Source of the DNA: Hydrurus foetidus
Taxonomy: Eukaryota
Assembly: GCA_900617105.1 (NCBI GenBank)
Contig: UYFQ01000026.1
Span: 1-53,403, forward strand
Direction of reading: 5' to 3'
DNA: 53,403 nucleotides
This document shows, piece by piece, positions 35,295 to 47,318 of the stretch. Positions within the stretch are counted from its first letter, which is position 1. Every line of letters starts with the position of its first letter. Under the pieces are notes generated by a model. It worked only from the letters and a program-made list of their open reading frames with translations. It was not told the DNA's origin and ran no database searches. The position numbers were made by a program, and so were the translations under genes.

Positions 35295-35611
35295 TGTTGG
35301 GGATTCTCTGAATCCGGATGCTTTGCACTCGTGGCGACCGGTGACCCAAGGCTCGTAAAATAGACTTGTATTGCGTAATTACTTGAGAATTAAACTTGTG
35401 CGCCGGCATCAATCAAGACGGCAACGAAGCTTTACATTTCAACGCAATTGCACATGGTCATCCGTGTTGAAGATAGATGAATGGGTGGCTACACTAGCCC
35501 ACACATCCAACGGTCCACGGTCCTCACCACTGGGGTGCCCACCGCTGACCGTCGGGATCCATGCATACGCTATACAACTACAGCAGTGTCTTTTCTCCGG
35601 ATATTCCAACA
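35295..35611 (-). repeat. Copia A 5' LTR
   Basis: Matches 9595-9911; followed by TSD GTGTA. Confidence 0.95.
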
Positions 35612-36387
35612 GTGTACAGGGGTGGGTCCAGATTAAACGTGGACCTAGAGTACTCGAGGAGCCTTGATCTCTGATCTCTTGATCTGCCAGTAGTAGATAT
35701 TGATATCCTTCCTTATTGATTCTGTTCTCTCTTGACTGCTGTATGCGATGTCTCCTATTCTACTGCTTCTGGTGGCGCGCAACTTGAGGTACAAAGCGTC
35801 AATACGTAGCATAGCGACCATCCACAGTAACATATTCTCTCGACATAACACCCTCAGACAATGAGACAGATATTACATAGGCAAAGCTATCCCATATCTA
35901 GAATCGAAGCTCGTGCATCAATTTTTTGACTGCCTCTTCTCGATAGCAGTTAATGTGATCAGATTGCATTTGATCCGATCACACACTGTGCGGAGAAAGA
36001 ATGAGATAGTATGTGAGAAGAACAAATCTGACTGAGAGTGCCAGTTGTAGTCTAGACTGATCTCGACCGACTCTAGCCTGCTCCAACTGGCTCAGGAGAA
36101 TCCAGTAGCGCGGCACTATTGGCGAAGTCATACTGCAGATGGGCTGCTATGCTGTCTAGTGAGTCAGCAGTTAACCACTACACTAACAGCAGTGATTGAA
36201 TATTTTTCAGAAAGTAGTGCACTGTGGACAGTAGCACCGTCACAACATATTTCAGTCTTACTCAAACTATCATTGTCTGGATGCTTCACACAATCTTCTT
36301 TATTGTGCCAATCTTATTCATCAGCGATATCAACTCTCCATCATATTCTTTTTGAGTAGTTAATTTACTACATGACTTGCAACATGT

Positions 36388-39300
36388 TCAGCAGTACAGT
36401 ACGGTATGTTGGTGAAGCCAGTCCTTGGATGACAACAGGACAAAATACTTCCAGTAAATGTGATGCGCTTCAATGTGTTTTAAACTAAAATTGCGAATAG
36501 GGCGGCAAGACGGTGTCGACAGATGGTCGGGGAGATTTGAGAAGTGATGAGAAAAGCATCTTGCAGAAGTAGGAGCGCACAATGTCCTGATGACAAATCA
36601 GATCAGAGGGAGGTGGATGACTGCGATAAGATAATGAGAGGCGAAGTGAGACATGTGACGTGCATTCCTCCATCTCGTGGGCTTAGAGGGACAGGGAAGT
36701 GTGAGGGAGAGATGCGATGCAGTGCGATGCGATGCAACCCACACCCGCAATCCTTCTCTCTAGAAACTCACACTGGATGCACTCGTCACAGATACGTCAC
36801 TTGTGTGCGCTCGAGTCGGCCATTGTCAGTGGAGTCCAGTACAGGATATTGCAGAAGAGCACTTTGAAGCTTCACATGATGTAAAAGGGCGGACCAGGGT
36901 CAGTTGACTGATCATGAGAGTTGGATACCGAGGAGTATGGGCTATGTATGCGGTTTGTGCTGTCCGAGTGGAGCCTCCTCTGTCTGCGCCACTCGAGACA
37001 GGGGAGGGAGTGTCCGTCTCTGCGACACTGCTCCTCCTTCGAGTTTATTTTCTTGACCATCTCATGCCAGCCCTATGAGTGGAGAGAGGAGAGGCAGTGC
37101 AGTTGCCGAAGGTGAGGTGACATGTCGGTTGACCGGTGAATTGGAATCGAATGGGGAAGAGAAGAGAACAGACAGATGGAATGTGATTCCTACAGGGCAG
37201 GTCAGGCCAGAGAGGCAGAGTTGAGAAGATTGCAACACGATTAGACAGCTTGCAGCACATTTACACACACAGTAAAGCATAGCGGAAGTGAAGGAGTAGC
37301 ATGTATCTAGAAAGGAGGGGATGTGATATCAACACACACACACACACATTGGATCCCTATTGGTGCGACCTTCATGCCATCTGCGATGAATACAGGAGTG
37401 AAGTCGTGGTAGGAGGAAGCATTTGCTGTGTGGTACAGCTTCCGAATGTGCATTGGATCCTTGATCTGTGCAATTAATGTACGGAAAGGGTGAGAGAGGG
37501 AGGGAAGAATAGATGGAGGGAGGGAGGGATGAATAACAGCAGAGGGCGATAGATGGAAATAGAAACAGATAGGTAGTTAGTGTGAGAGTGAAAGAGAGGG
37601 ACAGAAAGAGAGGAAGACAGAGATGTAATGGGAGAAGCGTCGGTGGAGCTGTAGTGCTAGCCTCTGCTGCAGCATTGCGTGCAAATGTCGCATCACTCTC
37701 TCAGCTCACCTTGTCGATGAACAGCGCGTATTCGCAGAGATGCTGCACCTGTGAAATGATATTTCGTGGTGATTACATCACTTATATCTGACGCAGGTGT
37801 CTCTCAAAAGAAATGCGCAGAGGGATCGTGGTATGCAGCCGAATGCAATGCTGTTTGAAGAGAAAAAAAGAGAAGAGAAGTGTCGAGGGAGAGGGAAGGT
37901 GAAGAGGCTACCTTCGGATCGCGTAACATGGTATCAGCAGCTCCTTCCTGATGCACCACCATGCCTGTGCGCGGACAGGGCAGAGACACGTTCATGTTGG
38001 GCGGCGACCATCCCTCTTTATTGGAGACATCGGCTGTTGGGACTCTTTTCCATGGCTGCTACATAATAATATGCGCATATCGATTGAGAGGGAGCACGCA
38101 AATTCAGACAAGACAAGACGAGTGGAGAGAAGGTACATGCATGATGACGTGTGGATGGACTTGATATGGTAGAATATTGCTGGCCAGGAATGAGAATAAC
38201 ACATAAGAAGTTGTGGTGAGGTGCATCGGTTACAGACAGGGAAAGATATGAAGACGAGGGCGAAGACATGAATGGGACGCGGGAATACAGCAAGATTATC
38301 AAATAAGGTTTGACAAAAGAGGAAAGTGAAGAGGTAAGCGAAGTAGAGGGGAATAATAAAACAATCGCACATTTCAACAAGTTGAGAGGGAGATGGATTA
38401 GTGGGAGAAGAAGAACGAATGAGAGCTGATCAGGTGGGACACCGACGAGAATGAGAAAGTGCACTTCACCTTGTTACAGCGGAGCATGACCTTGCTGATG
38501 GCCGGCTGGTTGATGGACATGCCAAACTTCTCCAACAGACGTGCCCTCCAGTCACAGTTCTTGGTCATCCACGAGTTGCCTGCACAATAGATTGCAGTGC
38601 AGTGATGTTCACGAGAGGGAGAGAGACGAGGAATGCGAAATATGAGTCACAGTAAATGACGCACAATGATGCATATACTATCTCTTCGCTCTCATAACTT
38701 CCACTTCATGTGTTCTCATCGTTCTCCTTCTATCCCTTCGCTCACATACGATGTCGCTACTGGCTATGTGCTTTGTAGAGATACGATGAAAATACGATAC
38801 GTTCTCTCATCATATCCTACCCTACCCTATGCCACCCTACCCTACCCTCTGCTATCTTATCCTATGCTACCCTATCCTATGCTACCCCATGCTATCTTAT
38901 CACATTCTATCTTACCCTACCTCTGGTATTTATTCATCACTATCCTGCTCTTCCTTCTCTTGTCCTATCCTACTTTATGATACTCTTTGACGAGTTCTCC
39001 ATCATCATGTTCCTGCTCCTCTTCTCCTACTCTATCGTATCTCATGATGCCCTATGCTCTCCTGTCTATTTGCACCTCCTCTCGGCCGATAGTTTTATCG
39101 GCTTTTTCTTACTGGTCCTATGACCCGTTCTTAGACTCTACTGTATCCCTCCTTCAGAGGACTTGATGAATTACATTATCACTTATCCTACCTACCACAT
39201 GATATGATACCATATCCTATCATCCTATCTCTTTTTCAATGATATCATATCCGATCCTATCCTATCTCATCATGAGTTTAATCTATATAGTCTAAGACAT

Positions 39301-40860
39301 CCCATTTCACTGATGTTCCTCTTGTTCGGACGAATCTCACCCCACGACAGCCACTGCTTCTTCGGCACGTTGGAGACGTCAAGCATGACGGAGCAGTCAA
39401 AGTCCTGATATGACACAGGGCAGATGAGAAGAAGATTCAGACGGATTGTCACAGCAATGATGGTGGGGGTGAGAGTGATGCGTGCAGTCTAACATTGTAG
39501 AGATAATAGCAATAGTATGACAGAGGCCTATCGATGATTGGGGCTGACCCATATCAGGTACAGGAAATGAAGAGATGTACAGCAACAAGGTCGAAGCGAC
39601 ACCATAAGAATAATATAGAATCGATTCGGAGAAGACATTCTTGCTCTATGTGATCTCTCTGTCTCATTTCGTCTTGCTGCGGCCCATTCCGCTCAGATTC
39701 TTGGTGCGATAGCATCATCATCATCATCGCATACAGTGTCACGTTGCCTGTCTTCCCCTCCCATTCCTCCCATTCCCTTCCCTCTACTTCTCTCTCATAA
39801 TCCTTTCTGTTCTTTTCTATTTAATTCTCACCTTGGATGGATAGTGGTTAGCAAATGCCTCTGCTACTTCCCGACTCATGAAAGTCGAGCTGTCATCGAA
39901 GCCGTCCAGTTTATGAAATCCTACAGACGTGGAGGAGCAAAAATAGGAAGAATAATGATAAGACGAAGGAGAAAAAGCAGATGGAAAGGTTCATCGACAA
40001 AATTGAAGGAGGGTCATCTCATCTCATTGAACTCATTCACTTCGCTGCACCACATCACACACGTTTTCACAATTGCGACTCTGCTCATACCAGTTCTGAA
40101 GGGTTTGTGTTTAACGGCTGAGTCCAAGCTCTTGAGCAGCGTGGTGAGGTGCAGCAGGTGTGCGGTGCAGAGGAAGGAGTCGTCTTCCACGAAGGCGTGG
40201 TAGGCAGCCATCGCTCTGTTCTGAGTCGCCCACTGCAGAAAACACACCTTCCAGTCCAGCTTGTAAAAAGCTAACAATATTTGGGACATAGCATTCAGAA
40301 TCATTTCAAAATAAACTGCTTCTCATACGTGATGCCTGTTGCGCATTAATTCGGATGACGATATGGCATGGCCGGACATGGGCACGCTGATCTTCCTACA
40401 GTATGGAATGCCAAGTTTGATGGCATCGTAACACAACAACAAAATCATGATGAAGTGTGCTACATTGAATCATATTATGTACACTCCATCAGGAACATTA
40501 TCTCTGGCTCACCTCGCCGTGGGTAGTCTGGATAGCCACCTTCCTCCTTTTCGGAGCCAATGACAGAATTGCCGTAGTTGATGTAAGCGGGGTGCTGATC
40601 CATGAGGGAGCACCATGGTCCGCGAAATACTAGACTCAGAATGGTGAGTGACGGCTGATAAGATGGTAGACTTTGAGCGAGTTCCGTACGAGTAAAAGTG
40701 ATGTGTATGGTTGGCCCTCACCCATGTCATCATATATCTCCTGCTCTGCTTTCAGTACATCTGTGAGGTTTGTAGCCATGGCGTCGACAAAAAAGCGGTA
40801 ATTGCACAATATCGAATCTATGCAGGGCAGAAGCCAGGTGTTCCTAAATATGAAGTGCAC
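36388..40860 (-). pseudogene. Multi-exon spliced gene of unknown function, apparently decayed
   Basis: GT-AG bounded, phase-compatible exons: ..40091, 39920-39832 (KPFRTG+FHKLDGFDDSSTFMSREVAEAFANHYPSK), 39404-~39270, 38579-38470 (NSWMTKNCDW..MLRCNK), 37748-37710 (VQHLCEYALFIDK), 37465-37370 (IKDPMH..ADGMK), 37072-36872 (GWHEMVKK..). Introns are purine/pyrimidine-skewed and low complexity. Stops in the upstream exons and an apparent ATGAG donor near 39270. Confidence 0.65.
38812..38921. repeat. Degenerate (CCCTA/TCCTA)n microsatellite in an intron
   Basis: CCTACCCTACCCTAT..CCCTACCCTACCCT..CTACCCTATCCTAT pentamer runs. Confidence 0.8.
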
Positions 40861-41486
40861 GGTAGGGTAACAGGTAGTTTTCAGACCGCAAAAGGTGACG
40901 CGGACGAATATACAGTGCCGCTTTCAGGATCCATGATGTGATAGTGATATCAACAGATACGTAATCTAGTGGCTCTACCAACCTCACGACCTCTCTCATG
41001 CGGCTGTGATGCGGTCCTGAAATAAGAAAATGACGCAACCGATTGAGAGTCTTCTGACGCTACGAATTATTTCACGGTGTTAAATTCTGTGCAATCTTGG
41101 CGATGAAGACTCTCGAATTTTAAGGCATAATTTGACATTCACCTGAAGTTATTGATATCATAACTACGGGTTGATCACTTTGAACGAGGCCCTCAGGAAC
41201 CTGACTGGTAGTTTGATGAAGACTGGAAATTTCTGTGCTCAAGAAAACAGGCATCCACAGCAGGAGAATAGACGTCGCATCGAAAAATCTGCTACACATG
41301 GCGAAGAAGCGGAAGCACTTGGACTTCAGTTTCACGTTTCAGCTCCAGGTTACAAAAACATGATGCCAACGACACTATTGTGAAACAGACAGAAGATTTG
41401 AGATAAAGGAGAATCCAACATGTTGTGGTGAGCGGGTTGGGAAAAGGACTCCAGGAACTGGGCAGCGCAGTCTTGGAGTAATTAAT

Positions 41487-44400
41487 TGTTCCGGTTAACC
41501 GTGAAAACACCCTTGAATATCCAGGCAATTGATGCAATTAGCCTATCTCAAATCTGTTGATATTCGTGTTTCTGTTGCAATTCCTTTGCTACTGTAAGAT
41601 AAACTCCTGTTTATTCCTCACAAGCCTTCGAATCCAGTAGGCGCTACTTGTATCTTGATCTCGAAGTGTAGTACTTGGAAGTAAGCTGGAAGCTTATTTA
41701 GTTGAAACAAAGAAATATACCAGTTGCAACAATTACGACATAAAAGCAAGCTGTATATTCCTACTGCAACGGCAACGTGTGCGTCTTTCTCAATCAGTTG
41801 TGAATCATTCAGATGTGTGCTGTGCAACTATATTGATTCCACTTCAAGTATCATGGATCACATCACAGAAGGTTCTTGGACCCAAGTCCTCCTGAACATA
41901 CCCCCTGATGTGGACCACCGATCGACAACTGAAAATTGACTATCTAATACTGAAATGAATAAAATTGACTGGCCCTGAAAAGTTTTAACGGCCCTGAAAA
42001 TATTTTAACGGCATTCGAAACCTTGACAGACTTCGTCATACTCAAATCGAAATGCTCCTATCGAAAGACATATTTCACCACAATTTAACCCATCAAAAGC
42101 CCGGTGAGCTTTCCTAACAGGGCACCATGTAGGGTTTTCGTCAAAGTGTCCGCGACCATGTCTCCTGTGGGCAGATATTCAACTTTGATCTCGTTGGCTT
42201 CGATGTAGCTGGTAATGAAGAAATATCTGTTCTTGATGTGCCTTGTGCGTTCGCTTGTGGACTTTCCCTTATTCACTAGGCAAATTGTTAACTTGTTGTC
42301 TTGATACACGATCGCAGGTCCAACTCGAACGCCTTGGTGAATAATGTACTCCCTCGTCCAAAGTATCTGTGAAAGAGCATCCGAGAGAGCAACCAGCTCT
42401 GACTCGGTGGATGACCGGGTAACTATTTTCTGCTTTGCACTTTTCACATAAACTGTTGCGTTATCGATCATGACGACTACTCCAGTCACTGACCTCATGT
42501 CATCATATGTACCGAAGGACGCATCCATGTACGCCCGCACCGTGGTATCCGGTCCAATTCAGAGAGTCAGTGTCTTGTGTGGGGTTGCTAGGAGATACCC
42601 CAAGATTCTATTTAGCTTGGCCTCGTCGTCTCTATCTGGCCCTAAAATTCTTGTTGCGCAGTAAGACACTGCTGTCAAGATGTCGCCACGGATTCTCTTG
42701 GCAAGGTAATGCAACTCAATTACACACGAATGGAACCATTGCCTTTTTACATCTCCCAACTTTTCGCATTCTGAGTTTGTTTGGAAGAGCATCTCAGTGG
42801 CCGGTGTCTTTGCTTTCTTTGACCGCATACTTTTCTAATATATTATTGACATACCCTTTCATGGATAGGACCACTGTTCGATGTGCTGTAAAATCCCAGT
42901 GGATACCCAAAAAGTCGTGCTCAGTACCTACTTTCAGGGTGACTTCTTTGTACATTTCCTTGAGTGCATTGGCAATGGAAACAAGAGTATCCGTAGACTT
43001 CGAGGTGAGCATGAGGTCGTCCACGTAGACTAGTATGGTATCAGTGCAACCTGTTTGATGTCTCACGAATGAGCACTCATCATAGGGATTCTTTTTAAAC
43101 CCCAGGTTCTCCAGCGTGCCGGAGAGTTCCTTGTACCACAGGACAGCTGATTCTATGCAGCCGTAAAGTGCTTTGCGAAGTCGCACAATGATCGAACCAT
43201 CGGCTCGAACGTATTTTGCATGGCGCGGAGATACGCGGTACAACAAGCTAGCCACCTCTTTCCCGATGCTCATCTCGACCACGTGTCCAACCATCGTGGC
43301 ATTGAGGTACGCAACTTTGTGATCGAGTGTCATGACGTTGTATCCTCTGTCTGCTGCCAATGCTGCTGTCATCAAAACTGAAGAGAGTGCGACTGTCGGT
43401 GATGATGTTTCATGATCTGTGTACAATGATCTGTCCTGGCGACGGCCTCCTGCTACTAGCCTAGCTTTCATTCGATCGATGTTCCCATTTGGTAATTTCT
43501 TCGGCGTTAAAGATATTTTTGATGGTATTTGTGACCTCATTTTATAATCTCGATGCTGGAACTCGAATACATCTTTCTTAATACAATTCTCGATTTCTTC
43601 TACTATCGCAGCATCTGCCACCTCGTCACCATAGAGCCTCTTCGCTTCCTTTATTGAGAAGGTGGCATACACGTGTTGATCTGTAGTTGTCTTCCTCAGG
43701 TTGTACCCATTGTCGAAAGTGTTTCTCGCAAGAGTATCTTCATCTGATTGCTGTGTATCTTCGATTACATCCTCGATTGTAACTAAACTGTTTCCTTTCT
43801 CGCCGATATTGTTTTCTTCCAAAACTTCTTGGTCAACTTCGACAGGAATTCTGAGTGGAAGTGCCTCATTAGATTGGGGTGTCGTTGATTCTTCGAATGG
43901 AATCAAATCGCTGTCTGAGATCGTCTCAGCGGGTACAGGAGTCATCTGGGCGACTTCTGGCATTATGGTCTCTTCTTCAGTGTCTTGTACTTCATCTACC
44001 CCCCGATCTGGATCCAGAGGGTATCATGTGTCGGGATTGAGCAGTGGTGGTTCTTCTATGACAACTGCTGCAGAAACTGGATGACTCGCCATTGCCTTGA
44101 GTATTTTAATCGCATCTTCTGTCAAAGGAGCCACGCGGAACGTGTCGCCAGTGATTTACCTGAGTGTCGCCAGACTAAGGCACCTGTGAGTTCCTTTCTG
44201 GTTTCGGGTTGTTCCGAGCCAAAGACAGTAGTCAGCTCTAGGGCGGCTGTGTTGGTTAGTGGGCCCGGTGCTTTCTGCAGGAATCCTGCAGTTCCAAAAG
44301 GATACGGAGCATCCAACTTGCAATTTGGCACTCTGCCTCTAAAGGAAGTGTACGCTGGGGTGTGACCAGGCGAGTTTGCTTTTGGGACCATATTGGACAG

Positions 44401-47144
44401 ATGAACGACAAAAGCGATCAGAGCTGCCGTCAACTTTGTCGGAAGAGGAAAAGGCAGGCTGTGTAGGGTGCAGCGAGCCTTATTCTTGACATGCCTAATT
44501 GCAGCTTCTGCATGTGGGGCATGGGAACCGTGGCCAAGGATGTTGAGATCAATATCGAGATTCTCAACGTCTCTACGAACTATCTTCACTGCTCCTTCGC
44601 CGTCGGATGTGAAGCCTTTTGAGAGATGCTGTTGTATGTGCAGAAGCAGAGCTTGTCCTGTAAGTGGACGTGATTTCTCATTGTGACTTCCGATTGATTT
44701 TTCTATCCCAGGTCCTAGATGTGTGACCATTATCAGCCCGAGGATGACGGATATGCTGAGGAAGAAAGTCTGCCCCAAGAAGTAGAACAGATCGACCTGT
44801 AGTTCCTGAGCTACTGAATCGTGCAGTGGAATTCTGTCATCACCGCGTGTCTTCGTTTTCAAGTGAGTACCTTGACCCAGTTGATACGCTGCAGGCGTTC
44901 GGTATATGTCTTGAGCAATCACAAGGTCAGACCTTGTGAACGGAATGTCTTTCGTGCTGCCTCGCTGAATGAACTCTGCCGCAGCTTTATAACTGATGTA
45001 TCCCATTCGTTGAATAAACTCGTAGGCGAGATGATAGCTAGCGAGCTGCTTCGCAGAGTACTTGAATGCTTTGGGGTTTATCGCGATAGCGTAGGCGTGG
45101 GCGACTTTCGCGAGGTCCAGCACGTAATGTCCGTTTGCACAATGTAAGGTGTGAGTTGAACCGCTAGTGGGAACAGCACTGAATGTGTCAGTGTGTGAGT
45201 TATATTGAATCACGTGTGTATCGAGCAGCTTGTGGTAACTGATTATATTCGCTGACATGTGTGGACTGAAGTAACATTTTAGACCGATGTCTGTGACGGT
45301 AGCCTCCATGTGAACCCTGACTCGATCTCCCGTGATACCCTGTCCGATGATTAGGTTGTCGGCTGTGTGCATGTCACTGACAATGCTCCGATTTCGGACG
45401 ATGTGGATACTGGACTGCGTGTCTAGTAGGATGATTGTGTCTTGATCATTAGTAACATTGGACAAGAACACGTTAGAGACGTTATCCTCGAGTTTGACCT
45501 CCATCTCGCGGCTGCATGTTTCGACGGATGAGTAAAATGTTGCCTCATCTTCATCGATGGCGTCGGTGAAATGGACGCTTTTCACCGTGCAAACTGAAGC
45601 CCGATGTCCCTTCCTCTTACATCTCCAGCAGACGATTTCACTTGGGGTTATGGGACCCTGTACCACTGTACGACCTTCTCGGCCGTCTTTATTCCCGCGG
45701 TCACCACGGTCATTACGGCCACCTCGACCTCCACACGCTTCTCCCTTTCCTCCCTCTACTTTATCGTCTGTTTGGGAGCAATAGACACTCTCCAGGTTGC
45801 CGCCACCAGTGCCACGGAAACGGATGATTTGGGCATCTTTGACCTCTCGCCAGAGTGTTGCGCTTGCAGCTGGGAGATCCGCAATTCCTCTGCGCTCGTT
45901 ATCAAAGTAATCTCTGGCGAGCTGGGCATACCGGGACATATCGAGCCTATTAAGGATTCCAACGACTAACTCCTCCTCCGGGATAACAGCTAATCCGACT
46001 GCTAGTCTTTCAAGTTGATGATCTTCGACTCGTTTGCGAAATGCAAAACTCGTTTCGTGTTGGAACATTCGGAGGCTAGCCCATGCTGTTTGGACCCGCT
46101 CTCTGTCTTGTCCCGGATTGCCGCTCTGTCGTGCAATATGAGTGGCACGTATTCTAGAGATGAGGAACAGGAGATCCCGCTCTAAGAATGCGGTTGGCCA
46201 GTCCTCGTCATCTTGTACCTCGCCTCTCGAGGATTCACTTAATTGTGAGTAGACCAAGGCGAATACTGCTAACTTCTGCTCTTTTATTTTCTTCGACTCC
46301 GATTTCCAATCCTTATGATCATTCTGATATTCTGATAGGACTGCTTTTCCAACATTCCCTGCTGGTATGTCTTCTGGCATGAGGGGCTCTTCGTCCTCCT
46401 CGCCGTACTCAGGAGGAGTTGACCAGAAAGCACGGCAAATGGATGGCTTGTAATTGATTGCGACATGCTCGCCCATCGTTTGCATGAAATCTATGGGCTT
46501 ATTTTCCTTCGCTGAGGCGCCGAAGTTTAAGCTGGGCAGCTCTGCATTACTGCCACGGAATTTGGGTTCTTTTTCCGTCTTTGCTTGAGCCTCTGGAGAA
46601 GACCTCCCGCGGCCAGCTCACCTTGCTTGGCCTCTCGGCCCTTGTCTATTTCCGCGTCCAGACATGGATTCGATCTGAGATTCTCTCTCACTTATATAAT
46701 CTTGGCAAATGCTCTTTGCTAGATGATATATATTTCTTTGTGTTCCGGTTAACCGTGAAAACACCCTTGAATATCCAGGCAATTGATGCAATTAGCCTAT
46801 CTGTTGATATTCGTGTTTCTGTTGCAATTCCTTTGCTACTGTAAGATAAACTCCTGTTTATTCCTCACAAGCCTTCGAGTCCAGTAGGTGCTACTGTATC
46901 TTGATCTCGAAGTGTAGTACTTGGAAGTAAGCTGGAAGCTTGTTTAGTTGAAACAAAGAAATATACCAGTTGCAACAATTACGACATATAAGCAAGCTGT
47001 ATATTCCTACTGCAACGGCAACGTGTGCGTCTTTCTCAATCAGTTGTGAATCATTCAGATGTGTGCTGTGCAACTATATTGATTCCACTTCAAGTATCAT
47101 GGATCACATCACAAAAGGTTCTTGGACCCAAGTCCTCCTGAACA
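41487..47144 (-). mobile_element. Ty1/copia LTR retrotransposon D (full length, decayed, no matching TSD)
   Basis: LTRs 41487-41898 and 46741-47144 (TGTTC..GAACA, several substitutions and a 7-bp indel); G-rich PPT next to the 3' LTR; gag-PR-IN 44122-46485 (CWRCKRKGHRASVC, LLDTQSS, QVDLF, SDGEG); RT 42794-43963 (KARLVAGG, YVDD); RNase H 42085-42540. Confidence 0.94.
42085..46485 (-). pseudogene. gag-pol: Copia D gag-pol, split by frameshifts and stops
   Basis: ORFs 44122-46485, 42794-43963, 42559-42828 and 42085-42540 carry successive copia domains. Confidence 0.9.
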
Positions 47145-47318
47145 CAAAGCACCTTCCTACAGTATTCCCGTCGATAAGTCATGGGATATCGACGGTGTCA
47201 AATCGGTTTGCCAACAGTTTTGACGGAGCGAAGCGAAGTAAACTGTGGCAGAAGAGAGAGCATTCTTCGTATCGTCTCTGGTCTCGGTGCTGTAAAACTG
47301 TCGTTACTTTCGACCAAA

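Larger units (their letters stand above)
9595..35611 (-). mobile_element. Ty1/copia LTR retrotransposon A (full length, interrupted by nested gypsy B and C)
   Basis: 317-bp LTRs at 9595-9911 and 35295-35611 (TGTTGG..CCAACA, 2 differences seen); TSD GTGTA at 9590-9594 and 35612-35616; gag-PR-IN-RT-RH order. Confidence 0.96.

Noticed and set aside
38812..38921. Telomere-like CCCTA repeats
   Set aside because: Irregular pentamer microsatellite inside an intron, not a uniform telomeric array.
41171..41383. 70-aa plus-strand ORF left of copia D
   Set aside because: Short, with no recognisable motif or splice support.
41970..42012. Two-copy ~20-bp repeat GGCCCTGAAAA..TTTTAAC in the copia D 3' UTR
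   Set aside because: Real but most simply a local slippage duplication, with no evidence of function.
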